A DNA stretch of 64,000 bases, filler included, from Acidimicrobiia bacterium (GTDB taxonomy: Bacteria > Actinomycetota > Acidimicrobiia > Spongiisociales > CAZKJJ01): NCBI GenBank assembly GCA_046759765.1. It is 3 parts of 3 records of this genome, joined end to end, with 100 filler letters (N's around TTAATTAATTAA, not from the genome) between each part and the next. Parts side by side here need not be neighbours in the genome. Positions count along the whole stretch, not along the records: positions 24,975 to 47,813 come from JBHICV010000023.1; 2 more parts are not named here. One strand, given 5' to 3'. The position numbers were made by a program, and so were the translations under genes. Shown one piece after another: positions 27,036 through 36,562 of the stretch (position 1 is the stretch's first letter; every line of letters begins with the position of its first letter). Under the pieces are notes generated by a model that saw only the letters and a list, made by a program, of their open reading frames with translations, was not told the DNA's origin and did no database searches.

Positions 27036-27872
27036 TCAGGCCATGAGTGTGGGTGAAGCCAGATCGAAGACCGCTCGTGCGTAATCGGCCAGCTTCTGCC
27101 CCGCGTCGGGATCGCCCTCCAGCTGGTCGTAGTAGAGGATCGTGCCTTCCCAGCCCTCGGTGAACCACTCAGCTCCCGAGGGCAGGGGCTTTCCGAGCAA
27201 TAGCTCCCTCTCGAACGGCCACGGGTTGGAGTAGAAGTAGGCCCGGTCGTTCGGGAAGTAACCCAGGTTGAGCTGTGAGGGGTAGTCGATGTCCTCGTAA
27301 GTCTCCACCCGGGTTCCAAACCACTCGAACGAGAGGTCGAAACCGTGCGGCCAGAGTTGGACCGGGCCCCGGTCTCCGGGCAGCGTTTCACGATGCTCCT
27401 TGAACAAGGAATCCACCCCTCTCAACACTGCATAGAAGCGCTCGGCGGCTTCGGGTTCGTAACCCCGCGGTTCGTCGCTTTCGTACTTCTCAGCCAAGTA
27501 GTCGCCTTCGAAGCCCAAGTCCGCCGCCCTACGGATGAGCTCCTCCGCGAGCTCCGTGCCGGTGAGACCCTTTGTCATTCCGAACTCAGCCTCGGCGTCA
27601 CCCTCCATAACCACTACGTGCTCGGAGAGGTCCATCCGAAGCCGAAAGGAGCCCCCACCTGGAATCCCGATCTGGTCTGTGATCAAACCTTCTCGTCGGA
27701 CCTTCAGGCTGACGTGCCACCACTTGGGATGGGGAGGAACATGTGCTCTCGGTAGAGCGGCTACGGCCCTCGAATAAGCATGCAGACTGGCTCTAGTTGA
27801 CTCCCAGTCACCAAGCGAAGGCAGAACGAGTCTCGGCATGGATTCATTCGTCATCAACGGTCGGACACGCAA
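27036..27872 (-). CDS. DUF5996-like hypothetical protein
   Basis: W..TRASLH, WWHVSL, PVQLWPHGFDL and AYFYSNPWP. The start may be at a downstream Met. Confidence 0.65.
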   Translation of the reverse strand: MRVRPLMTNESMPRLVLPSLGDWESTRASLHAYSRAVAALPRAHVPPHPKWWHVSLKVRREGLITDQIGIPGGGSFRLRMDLSEHVVVMEGDAEAEFGMTKGLTGTELAEELIRRAADLGFEGDYLAEKYESDEPRGYEPEAAERFYAVLRGVDSLFKEHRETLPGDRGPVQLWPHGFDLSFEWFGTRVETYEDIDYPSQLNLGYFPNDRAYFYSNPWPFERELLLGKPLPSGAEWFTEGWEGTILYYDQLEGDPDAGQKLADYARAVFDLASPTLMA

Positions 27873-27912
27873 GAACCTTCCCAGCTCCGACGTGCCCTAA
27901 CCGCCAGCGTTA

Positions 27913-28446
27913 ATGTCCACACCTGTGACTGAAGCCCTCGATGCTGCCCTTCTTGTGGTTCGCGTCACCGTCGGAATCGTGTTTATCGCTCACGGCGTGA
28001 AGCACGCACTGGGCCGCGTGAAGACCACCGCTTGGTTCAAATCCCTGGGCTGGAATGCGCCAGGCTTTCAATGGTTCATGTCCACTGGCACCGAGATCGG
28101 CGTGGGAATTCTGTTGATTTTTGGCTTCCTCACGTCTTTCGCCGCGGCCGGGCTAATAGGCATCATGTTCGTCGCCTATTGGACCGTCCATCGTTTCGCC
28201 GGCTTCTTTATCACGGCCTTCATGCAGGAAGGCATCGAGGTCGAGGGGTGGGAATACGTCTGGGTCCTGGCCATGATCGGAGCGGCGCTCGCCATCTCCG
28301 GTCCAGGCTCGATTTCGGTGGATGATGCCATTGGACTGGCCGACCAGTTGGACGCCTGGGTAGGCCTAGCTATCGCCCTGGCCGGGGTCGTTCTCGGCTT
28401 GGGATTGGTCGCGACCTTTTGGAGGCCGAAGACAGCCGACACTTGA
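27913..28446 (+). CDS. DoxX family membrane protein
   Basis: LLVVRVTVG...HG, EIGVG, GWEY and GPGSISVD. Confidence 0.88.
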   Translation: MSTPVTEALDAALLVVRVTVGIVFIAHGVKHALGRVKTTAWFKSLGWNAPGFQWFMSTGTEIGVGILLIFGFLTSFAAAGLIGIMFVAYWTVHRFAGFFITAFMQEGIEVEGWEYVWVLAMIGAALAISGPGSISVDDAIGLADQLDAWVGLAIALAGVVLGLGLVATFWRPKTADT

Positions 28447-28449
28447 GGC

Positions 28450-29829
28450 TCACGTGCTCCGCTGGCACAGATCCGGTGCCGGCTCTAGCTCTGGAAAATC
28501 GAAGCTCCAGAGCTCGGCTGCCAGTGCAACCGAGCTGGCCGCGTACGGCGCGACTGACCTCCCGACATCGAGTCGATCCGCCTCCATGCGCATGCGGATA
28601 AAGGAGCCTGAGCTGGACGGGCCAACCTCCATGGTGGCGTCAGGGTCGTCCTCGGCGTCCACTGGTTGGGCTTTCGTGCCCACGAATCGAATCCCAGTAG
28701 AGGTGGGATCGATTTGCAGCGTGACCGGGACGCCCATCCCGCCGAGTCGGTTGGCGTCGGCGCCCGTGACAATCACCTCTTCGAGCCTCGCCGCCTCGAC
28801 CTCGATCTCTCCCGCAAGAAAAGCTCTCGTTAGGGTGCCCAGAGGAAGCTCCGCTTTGAGGGCCTGAATGCCGAGCCCCGCACTGAGACGCGGGTTCAGC
28901 TCCGTAGGCCGGAACCCATCTGCCGTGCAGACGCCGTCGATGCCGAACGGACCGCGATAGTCAACCCGCTGTTGGAGCTCGGTCGCTACCGCGCTGGCAG
29001 CGGCTCTCATCTCGGAACGGATCCCGCTCGGTGGATCCCATATGCTGGCCACGCCTCCATAGACGAGACCTCTCTCGTCCTTGCGTCGGAGGATCACGAT
29101 TTCGACCGGTCGGAACGTAGCGATCCCGTCCGAAGCGATGTAGGCGTGGATCGAACAAGGTATGCCGTCAAGAAACGGCATGACCCTCACGTGCCTTGCC
29201 CGGGCCGCGAACCAATCGACCGCTTCGCCGTGGAGATCCGGGCCTCGCACCCAGCGTGTGTAGTCCCCTCCTCCGTGCCAGCCTTCGGTGTTGTCGGCTA
29301 CCCACACCGTTCCCAGCCCGCTGGCCAGCCGGGTCGCGGCGGCGGGAGCATCCGCCACGAGCACTATTTCGGACGGCGCTCGCTCCACGCCGGTCGAGTC
29401 CCACAGCTCGTCAACGAGCATCTTGTTCTCGAGGGATGCCCACTCCGGCCTCCTGTCTCCGTATACCCGACGGCCCACCACCTCACGACCCAGGTCACCG
29501 AAGGGAGGCAGGATTACGAGCGCTTCGTGATCGGAGTCGAATGCGTCCAGTGCCTCGACCAAGTCAGCCGAGGGATCCCGGAGAGCAGCAAAGAACGCTC
29601 GGAAGCCTTTCATGACCGTCGGGCCGCGGCTGCGCGTGTAGTAGATGGGGATGTCCTCCGGCAGGTCGCCGACGCCTTCTGTGGAAGCGACCAACATGAC
29701 GTCCGGAGCCCCCCATTCCCGGAGCGTTTTGATCAATTCAGTTGCCCCGGCCGCCGCGTCTATCGCCACCACCCACTTGCGGCCTTGGTGCAGCTCAGCC
29801 AGGCGCTGCTCGATCCGGTTGCGGCTCAT
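28450..29829 (-). CDS. Uncharacterised ATP-grasp-like protein
   Basis: LENK, VMPFLDGIPCSIH and C-terminal YRGPFGIDGV...TELNPR (ExNxR). Confidence 0.65.
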   Translation of the reverse strand: MSRNRIEQRLAELHQGRKWVVAIDAAAGATELIKTLREWGAPDVMLVASTEGVGDLPEDIPIYYTRSRGPTVMKGFRAFFAALRDPSADLVEALDAFDSDHEALVILPPFGDLGREVVGRRVYGDRRPEWASLENKMLVDELWDSTGVERAPSEIVLVADAPAAATRLASGLGTVWVADNTEGWHGGGDYTRWVRGPDLHGEAVDWFAARARHVRVMPFLDGIPCSIHAYIASDGIATFRPVEIVILRRKDERGLVYGGVASIWDPPSGIRSEMRAAASAVATELQQRVDYRGPFGIDGVCTADGFRPTELNPRLSAGLGIQALKAELPLGTLTRAFLAGEIEVEAARLEEVIVTGADANRLGGMGVPVTLQIDPTSTGIRFVGTKAQPVDAEDDPDATMEVGPSSSGSFIRMRMEADRLDVGRSVAPYAASSVALAAELWSFDFPELEPAPDLCQRST

Positions 29830-29886
29830 ACCAAGAGCGTATGACTTAGGGCTCCGATCGGCGCTCGATTATTTGATCCCTCACGC

Positions 29887-30075
29887 TTACGTGCGTCTCC
29901 GGCTCCAAACGACCAGCGCAATTCCCACCGCCACTGCGGCTCCCCCGAGAAAAATCCACTCCTGGTTGCCCGTCATGAAGCTCTTAGGAGCAAACGAGAC
30001 GTCGAAGCCCTGCAGTATCCAGACGGTCCCACCGAACGCCAGAGCGACACCGACCACCAAACCCGCCGTGCGCAT
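29887..30075 (-). CDS. Small two-TM membrane protein
   Basis: MRTAGLVVGVALAFGGTVWILQG...SFMTG...W...VWSRRR. TACCAT lies 6 nt before the ATG. Confidence 0.7.
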   Translation of the reverse strand: MRTAGLVVGVALAFGGTVWILQGFDVSFAPKSFMTGNQEWIFLGGAAVAVGIALVVWSRRRT

Positions 30076-30133
30076 AGGCGAATGGTACGGAGCCACGCTT
30101 GCTGGATGCCTCGGTGGGCCCGAAACTGGACCC

Positions 30134-30346
30134 ATGTGCCGTTCTATCAAGAGACTGAGAGAGGGCTCCATGCATTCGCCCCGCCAGGAGATAGAGGACG
30201 CTGCTCTTCAATACGTCCGCAAGGTGAGCGGGTTCCACCAGCCGGCCGCCCACAATCAAGCCGCGTTCAACCGTGCGGTGGCCGACATCGCCGACGCAAC
30301 CGAGACGCTTCTGGACGGGCTGGTTATTCGGGGAGTTACCTCCTGA
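30134..30346 (+). CDS. DUF2277 family protein
   Basis: MCRSIKRLR...EIEDAALQYVRKVSGF...NQAAF, found as the C-terminal part of ORF 29645..30346. Confidence 0.85.
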   Translation: MCRSIKRLREGSMHSPRQEIEDAALQYVRKVSGFHQPAAHNQAAFNRAVADIADATETLLDGLVIRGVTS

Positions 30347-30404
30347 CCGAGTCCGCACGGGACGTCCCGACAGGCTCATCGTCAGCCGGCAGTAGGGTCG
30401 CGCG

Positions 30405-31778
30405 GTGGCCACAGAGAGCACCCGCACCTTCCTGCTTCCACGCGAACCCGTTCGCACCCTGGCTCAATATGTGGAATCTGGGGGTGGCCAGGGTCTGAAA
30501 CGGGCAATCGAGATCGGGCCCCGGAAGACGATCGCCCAGGTTCGTGAGTCCCGGCTCCGAGGAAGAGGCGGCGGAGGGTTTCCCACTGGTATGAAATGGG
30601 CTTCCGTCGCCGACGCTCCTGAGGGTCAGCTTCGATTCGTGGTCTGCAACGCGGCTGAAGGCGAGCCGGGCACCTTCAAGGACCGCGCCCTGATCCGCGC
30701 CAATCCATACCAAGTCCTTGAGGGTCTGGCCATCGCTGCGTTCGCGGTGGGCGCCGAGCAGGCCTACATCGGAATCAAGGAGAAGTACGAGCTCGAGATT
30801 GGTCTGCTGGCCGGTGCTGCCAGCGAAGCGACCGCGGACGGCTTTCTCGGCGACGTCCCCGTCGAGGTAGTCCTGGGTCCCGACGACTATCTGCTCGGGG
30901 AGGAGAAGGCACTGCTCGAGACAATCGACGGCCGTGATCCGCTCCCCCGCTGGTATCCGCCCTACATCCTCGGCCTGCAGACCGGGCTGGTGGCGGGAGT
31001 CGGCGCCTCCTCGATTGGGCCCGACGACAGATACAACCCCACGGTGGTCAACAACGTCGAGACGCTGGCCAACGTACCTCACATCCTCCGCCAGGGACCG
31101 GATTGGTTTCGGGATATCGGCACCCCGGACAGTCCGGGAACCATGGTCTTTACCGTGTGCGGAGACGTTCAGCGAGAGGGGGTGGCAGAGCTTCCCATGG
31201 GTACCCGGCTCTCTTACCTCGTTTACGGGATCGGAGAGGGCGTGGCGGCAGGCAGGAGCGTCAAGGCTGTGTTCCCGGGGGTGTCTAACTCGCCGATTCC
31301 CAACACTCTGCTGGAGACGCAGCTCGACTTCGATTCGATGAGAAGAATCGGTTCTGGCCTCGGTTCAGGGGGCATGATCGTCTATGACGACACTGCCTGC
31401 GTGGTGGGTGCGGCGGCGGTGCTCTCGGAGTTCCTGTTCCGCGAATCGTGCGGACAATGCCCGCCCTGCAAGCTCGGGACACAGAACATCAGCCGCCTGC
31501 TCGCCGAGCTGGAAGCGGGGGAGGGAGAGGAGACGGTGATCAACGAGATCGCGGCCTGGGCAGAGAACGTAACCGATGCCAACCGCTGTGGGCTTGGTGC
31601 CGGCGAGCGTGCTGTGGCGGCGGGGCTCTTGCAGAACTTCATCGAGGAGATCGTTTCTCACCTCGATCGGCCGTGCCCTTACGAGCGGACGCTCGCCCTT
31701 CCGAAGATCGTCGACCTGGATGTCGAAGCTGGCCGGATGACCTACGACGCTGACTACTTCGACTGGCGGACTGCCTGA
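30405..31778 (+). CDS. Stand-alone NuoF-like FMN/[4Fe-4S] NADH oxidoreductase subunit
   Basis: LRGRGGGGFPTGMKW, CNAAEGEPGTFKDR, YLLGEE, NNVET and ESCGQCPPC...C. Confidence 0.88.
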   Translation: MATESTRTFLLPREPVRTLAQYVESGGGQGLKRAIEIGPRKTIAQVRESRLRGRGGGGFPTGMKWASVADAPEGQLRFVVCNAAEGEPGTFKDRALIRANPYQVLEGLAIAAFAVGAEQAYIGIKEKYELEIGLLAGAASEATADGFLGDVPVEVVLGPDDYLLGEEKALLETIDGRDPLPRWYPPYILGLQTGLVAGVGASSIGPDDRYNPTVVNNVETLANVPHILRQGPDWFRDIGTPDSPGTMVFTVCGDVQREGVAELPMGTRLSYLVYGIGEGVAAGRSVKAVFPGVSNSPIPNTLLETQLDFDSMRRIGSGLGSGGMIVYDDTACVVGAAAVLSEFLFRESCGQCPPCKLGTQNISRLLAELEAGEGEETVINEIAAWAENVTDANRCGLGAGERAVAAGLLQNFIEEIVSHLDRPCPYERTLALPKIVDLDVEAGRMTYDADYFDWRTA

Positions 31779-31827
31779 GAATGAAGGTCACGACCTTCAG
31801 ACTGAGTTGTGAGAGTCTGCACTTATC

Positions 31828-32745
31828 GTGTCGATCGTGTCTCGCCCGCGAACTGCGCTGCTGGTCGGGCTAGTCGTCGGGATGTCCGGCTGCTCCGGAC
31901 CAACCACCCAGCTGAGCAACACGCAGCAGCAGCCGCCTCTGCCCGCGACGACCTTCCAAACCGGCACAACGGCGAGTGCAGCACCCTCGACGGCTAGCGC
32001 CTCGACATCGAGCGCCCCAACAACAACGGCCCCTGTGTCGCCATTCGCACGCCCTTCATGGCTGGGGACAAGGAGCCTTCCAACCCGTCCTGACGGATAC
32101 GGCGAGGTCCAGCCAACACCGCCCGAGCTTCGAGATCGACAACTGGAGACACTCGATCTGTTACCGCCTCCGGGCGGCAGCGAGTTCCAATGGACGATCG
32201 AAGCCGTGCCAGATGAGGTAGTGCTGCGTTCGACTTGGGGATCGGATTGTCCCGTGTCTCGTGACGAGCTGGCCTACGTCACGATCTCCCACTTCGGATT
32301 TGACGGCGGCTTCCACACGGGCGAGCTGCTGGTCAACGCCGACGCCGCATCGGGACTGGTGGCAGTTTTTCGACGCCTGCACGAAGATCGATTCCCCATT
32401 GAGCAGATGCGGGTCATTCACGCTGAGGAGCTGAACGAACCCCCTACGGGCGATGGGAACGTGACCACTTCTTTCGTGTGCCGTCCTGCGGTCGGATCGA
32501 CCCGATGGTCTCAGCATGCTTTTGGGCTGGCAGTGGATATCAATCCGTTCCACAACCCATACTCCAAGGGCGACCTCGTCCTACCTGAGTTAGCGACTGC
32601 ATACACGGACAGGACCGAAGTGCGGTCCGGCATGGTCGTTCCGGGTGACGTCGTCACCGATGCTTTCGTGGACATTGGCTGGGGATGGGGCGGGAATTGG
32701 AACACCCTCAAGGACTGGATGCACTTCTCGCGCAACGGGAACTGA
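31828..32745 (+). CDS. M15 family metallopeptidase lipoprotein
   Basis: Signal peptide with a lipobox-like MSGC, a Thr/Ser linker, SQHAFGLAVDINP and WGGNW...DWMHF. Confidence 0.85.
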   Translation: MSIVSRPRTALLVGLVVGMSGCSGPTTQLSNTQQQPPLPATTFQTGTTASAAPSTASASTSSAPTTTAPVSPFARPSWLGTRSLPTRPDGYGEVQPTPPELRDRQLETLDLLPPPGGSEFQWTIEAVPDEVVLRSTWGSDCPVSRDELAYVTISHFGFDGGFHTGELLVNADAASGLVAVFRRLHEDRFPIEQMRVIHAEELNEPPTGDGNVTTSFVCRPAVGSTRWSQHAFGLAVDINPFHNPYSKGDLVLPELATAYTDRTEVRSGMVVPGDVVTDAFVDIGWGWGGNWNTLKDWMHFSRNGN

Positions 32746-32960
32746 AAACCGCCGCACCTCCTGGGCTATCTCCGAGGTTCCCGAATATTGGAGGGAGCGG
32801 GGCGGCTGCTCCCTGATCAGAGGAAGGTAGAGGCGGTATGAATGTCATCCGCGGCACGCTTGATCCTGGGTATCAGCGTGACACTGGTCCGAGGCGCCGC
32901 GAATCTCCAACGATCGATTAGATCACCTCGCTACGTCACCGGATTGGTTCGCTGAAACGC

Positions 32961-32990
32961 GCCGGGGACCATCAGTCGACGGCCCCCGGC
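32961..32990. terminator. GC-rich hairpin between convergent genes
   Basis: GCCGGGGACC-N10-GGCCCCCGGC lies immediately after the stop of 33001..33294. Confidence 0.45.
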
Positions 32991-33000
32991 AGAAAATTGG

Positions 33001-33294
33001 CTAGCGGAGCTCGGCTGCGGCCACTTCGAAGCGCTCCACGCTCACGATTTCGCCTCCGGTAGCGACGGACTCGTCTTCCCTGATCTGGTTGGCTGCTTCC
33101 TCGCTCCTATGCATGGCGTCTTGTGTATCCCACAGGGTGATGGCCACTGATTTGCCTGAGGACCGATCTACCAGGTAGTACAAGCCCTTGAAACCTGATA
33201 TCGCGTCGGCTTTCTCCACAACCTCCGAGTTTCTCTCGAGAGACTCCGCGATGCCCTCGGGTGTCTCTTGGAAAGTGCTGACTCGAGCAAACAT
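33001..33294 (-). CDS. Antibiotic-biosynthesis-monooxygenase-like (dimeric alpha-beta barrel) small protein
   Basis: AAGGAA RBS. Sequence MFARVSTF...GFKGLYYLVDRSSGKSVAITLWDT...VERFEV. Confidence 0.75.
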   Translation of the reverse strand: MFARVSTFQETPEGIAESLERNSEVVEKADAISGFKGLYYLVDRSSGKSVAITLWDTQDAMHRSEEAANQIREDESVATGGEIVSVERFEVAAAELR

Positions 33295-33370
33295 TTCCTT
33301 CCTTTCTGATCCCGTCGATCCCAATTGAAGGACCGTCACCCTGATCATGCAGAAGGGCGCAGAAGCTCGC

Positions 33371-33388
33371 ATCGGTAGATCTACCTAT
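33371..33388. promoter_or_regulatory. Palindromic candidate operator (LuxR/NarL-type)
   Basis: ATCGGTAGATCTACCTAT has a perfect 12-bp core GGTAGATCTACC and lies between the HD-LuxR gene and the ABM-like gene. Confidence 0.55.
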
Positions 33389-33392
33389 TTCG

Positions 33393-34937
33393 CTAGGAGC
33401 GGAGCAGGTCGTGCTCCATGGCGTAGACAGCCGCTCCTGCTCGGCTAGAGACCCTGATCTTGTGGTAGATGTGCTGGACGTGGTGCTCGGCAGTTCGAGG
33501 AGACACAAACAGCTCCTCGGCAATCTTCTTGTTCGACAGACCCTTCGCAACCAGGCGCAAGACTTCGACCTCTCGGTCACTCAACCCGGCGGGCCAGGCA
33601 GAGACCACGCGCTGATCCTGACCGGCAGCGGCCAACACCGCCTTGGTGCACTCGCTGTCCAGGAGTCCGGACGCTGCCTCGGCGGTGAGCAGCTCCGCCG
33701 CCTGGTCGGCAGGGAGAGCGGGACGGTGAGGGCGTTCCTGAGTCATCGCCTGGAAGGCGTCGGCCGCCGCGAGGAGTCGAGCACCCACCGGGATCTCGCG
33801 CCCCGTGGCCTGATGGTGATAGCCGCTCCCGTCCTGACGCTCATGGTGCATCCCCGCCAGCCGAGCCAGCGGCTGCAATGCCACAGAACGGGAGAGGATC
33901 CTTTCTGTGAAGTAGGGATGGAGCCGTACTTGTTCCCAGTCGACGCTATGGAGGGCACCGGTCTTCTCCCATATCCCGTTCGACACGCCGGCCCGCCCGA
34001 CATCGTGCAGAAGGGCAGCTCGTCGCACAGCTGCGATCTGGTCGTCATCCAGCCTCAGCTCTTTGGCAGCGTTCTCGGCCAGCTCGGCCATCTGAGATGA
34101 GTGGCCCAAGGTGAAAGGAGTCTTGAGGTCGATCATGTCCGCGAAGGCGCGCCCTACGTCGTCCAGCCGCCATTCGGGGATCTCCCTTGGAGGCTCAGGC
34201 TCCACCTCCAGCACCATTTGCCAGACATCACCCGCTTCGACCTCCGCCAGCAGATCCGTTCCCACTTCAGCGAAGACCTCACAGGCCTTAGGGTCGAACC
34301 ATCCCCTTGCCCGTCGCCCGACCACGTCTATCGCCGCTTCTGGACCGTCGATACGCTCGAAGATCACGACCTGGTGAGCCAGTTCCGCCAATCTGGCAGG
34401 CAGACCTATCTCCTCACCTTGCAAGCCTTGGGGAAATCCGGTTCCGTCCCACCGTTCGAATACTTGGTAGACGCCAGCAACGACCGCCTCGTCGAGATCC
34501 AAGCGCTGCGCCAGGCGGGCTGCTACCTCGCATAGGGATCCGAACAACACCCGGTTGACGTCCGAGCCTGCCCGTAGGACTCGGGCGAGATACCGAAACC
34601 GGTCCATACCCGTACCTCTGCCGGTCCCAGCGAACAGGGCCATCATCTCCGACCGGCTGCCGAAATCGGTCCGTTCACCGTCCGGCCGTGATCCCAGCTC
34701 ATCCCCGCCAAAAAGATACGTCTCTTCGTGCGAGGTCGCCGTACATCCGAGGTGCCGAAGCAGACTCGTGTAATAGACATCCCGGACCTCGCCCTCGGCA
34801 GCACCCATCTGACGGGCAAGACCGGTGGCCACCAGACACGAACGAACAGCCTTCTCCGGGCTCTGACCCGTCCCCAGGTCCGTCACCACTGACAACGCGG
34901 CCAGCAATTCCGTAAGCCGCAGACTCGCTTCAGTCAT
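33393..34937 (-). CDS. Tandem HD/HD-GYP-like domain protein with C-terminal LuxR HTH
   Basis: FERWDGTGFP, LLHDVG, HHERQDGSGY and LSDREVEVLRLVAKGLSNKKIA. Confidence 0.88.
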   Translation of the reverse strand: MTEASLRLTELLAALSVVTDLGTGQSPEKAVRSCLVATGLARQMGAAEGEVRDVYYTSLLRHLGCTATSHEETYLFGGDELGSRPDGERTDFGSRSEMMALFAGTGRGTGMDRFRYLARVLRAGSDVNRVLFGSLCEVAARLAQRLDLDEAVVAGVYQVFERWDGTGFPQGLQGEEIGLPARLAELAHQVVIFERIDGPEAAIDVVGRRARGWFDPKACEVFAEVGTDLLAEVEAGDVWQMVLEVEPEPPREIPEWRLDDVGRAFADMIDLKTPFTLGHSSQMAELAENAAKELRLDDDQIAAVRRAALLHDVGRAGVSNGIWEKTGALHSVDWEQVRLHPYFTERILSRSVALQPLARLAGMHHERQDGSGYHHQATGREIPVGARLLAAADAFQAMTQERPHRPALPADQAAELLTAEAASGLLDSECTKAVLAAAGQDQRVVSAWPAGLSDREVEVLRLVAKGLSNKKIAEELFVSPRTAEHHVQHIYHKIRVSSRAGAAVYAMEHDLLRS

Positions 34938-35060
34938 GGCGCCAGAACGCTATCCCAACCTTTGTAATAGGCATAGCCAACACCGGTCGAACAACCAGCT
35001 CTCCGTAACGATCTCGTAACGGCACTACGGCACGATTCCGGCAAGACGGAGGTGATGTAC

Positions 35061-35831
35061 ATGGTCAAAGTACGCGAAACAACTCCGATATTCGAAACAC
35101 CGGAGGAGCCCCGCCGGGAAGGCGCCGGCGGCCGGGACTGGACGTGGCTGATGGCTGCGGCGGGCGTGGCCATCGTCGTCTGGGCCGTGGGTCTCACCTT
35201 GTTTATTGGTGAGCTAATCCCGCCCATAGTTCTGTACGGGCTGCTGTTCCTGATCTCCATCCCGTTGTCTCTGCGAGGTGTCAAGGGAGCGCGTGTCTAC
35301 TTGCTTGTGATTTCCATTCTCGGGCTACTGACCACACTGCTGTTCTCCGGGCCCGATCTGCTGCACCCAGAATCGGCGCTGGGGTTCATCTTCGGCCTGG
35401 TTCCAGCCGTCGGGACCGGGCTCGGCATCACCGCCGCGCTGGGAGGCATGCAACGGTGGAGCATGATTTCGGCCAGGAGGGTTGGCAGCGCAGCCGTGGC
35501 AATACTGATCGGCGGCATTGCCGTCAGCCTCGTTGCCGCTGCTTCACTCACGAGCGATGTTGCCCAGCCCGGTGACGTCGTCGTGAGGGCGTTGGAGGTC
35601 GAGTTCCGACCGACGGCGATAAGCGCGTCGCCGGGCACGGTCGGAGTCCTGGTGGACAACGAGGATCCGTTCCGCCATACCTTTGCGATCTCGGAGCTGG
35701 GAGTGAACGTCGAGTTGCCCGCCGGGACCGCTCGCCGAGTCGAGCTCCAAGCGGAAGCCGGCACCTACACGTACGTGTGCACAGTCCCCGGCCATGAGGA
35801 CATGCGAGGCACCCTGGTCGTTGACGGCTGA
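35061..35831 (+). CDS. Multi-TM membrane protein with C-terminal cupredoxin (type 1 Cu) domain
   Basis: About 5 TM segments, then N..HTF...YTYVCTVPGHEDM (His/Cys/His/Met). GGAGGT lies 7 nt before ATG 35061. Confidence 0.82.
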   Translation: MVKVRETTPIFETPEEPRREGAGGRDWTWLMAAAGVAIVVWAVGLTLFIGELIPPIVLYGLLFLISIPLSLRGVKGARVYLLVISILGLLTTLLFSGPDLLHPESALGFIFGLVPAVGTGLGITAALGGMQRWSMISARRVGSAAVAILIGGIAVSLVAAASLTSDVAQPGDVVVRALEVEFRPTAISASPGTVGVLVDNEDPFRHTFAISELGVNVELPAGTARRVELQAEAGTYTYVCTVPGHEDMRGTLVVDG

Positions 35832-36367
35832 GATACCACGAGGCGGCGAGCCTCCACTCGAAGGCTGCTCTTGGCCGTTTCAGGCGATACGCCGTACCGC
35901 GTAGGGACTAGCTAGATCGTCCAGAGATCGTTCGGTGGGCGGATGCCTATAGGTTCCGCGCCGGGTACGGTCAAACAGCGTGAGCTCGTTTTTCGTTCTC
36001 GCGCTGCCCAAATGCTGCCCAAGAATGGTCATTCGCAGCGCCTCGCTCGACTGCCCTCCCGTCGCGGCAGCTGTGGATCGACATTGCGTGATCGCCATCT
36101 CGCCGAAGACCCGAGCTCCGAGGGTCTGTTCTATGCCTGACCCGATGTAGTAGAGCCGAGGTGGAAGAACGATACGGCCCGTATCTCGCTCGGCTCTCCA
36201 GAAGCGGAATCCCAGTAGCGGCGTCATGTGGGCTCCGGCGAGATGACCGATAGGGTCCGGGATTCGAAATGGGAACAGAACACGGACTCCGCGTCCGATA
36301 GCGGCCGCGGGATGGGTTAGGTCGCAAAGCCGGATCCGACACAACGAGCCATCGACTCGTCGCGTGC

Positions 36368-36562
36368 CTACGAATCTGGCGCTTCTCTATTGGACGGCTC
36401 GGAGTCCTCGGAAGCGCCTTCCTCCCGAACGCCCTTTCGGAATTCTCCGGCGGACCGTCCGAGTGAACGTGCCAATCCGGGAAGCTTCCGCGCTCCGAAA
36501 AGAAGCAGGATCACCGCGAGGATGATGATTAGCTCCGGACCGCTGAGCTGTCCTCCGAACAT
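36368..36562 (-). CDS. tatA: Twin-arginine translocase TatA/E subunit
   Basis: ELIIILAVILLLFGARKLPGLARSLGRSAGEFRKG. Confidence 0.9.
   Translation of the reverse strand: MFGGQLSGPELIIILAVILLLFGARKLPGLARSLGRSAGEFRKGVREEGASEDSEPSNREAPDS

Noticed and set aside
32838..32921. 27-aa ORF MNVIRGTLDPGYQRDTGPRRRESPTID as a precursor or leader peptide
   Set aside because: It has no recognisable motif and no adjacent modifying enzyme, so it cannot be distinguished from chance.
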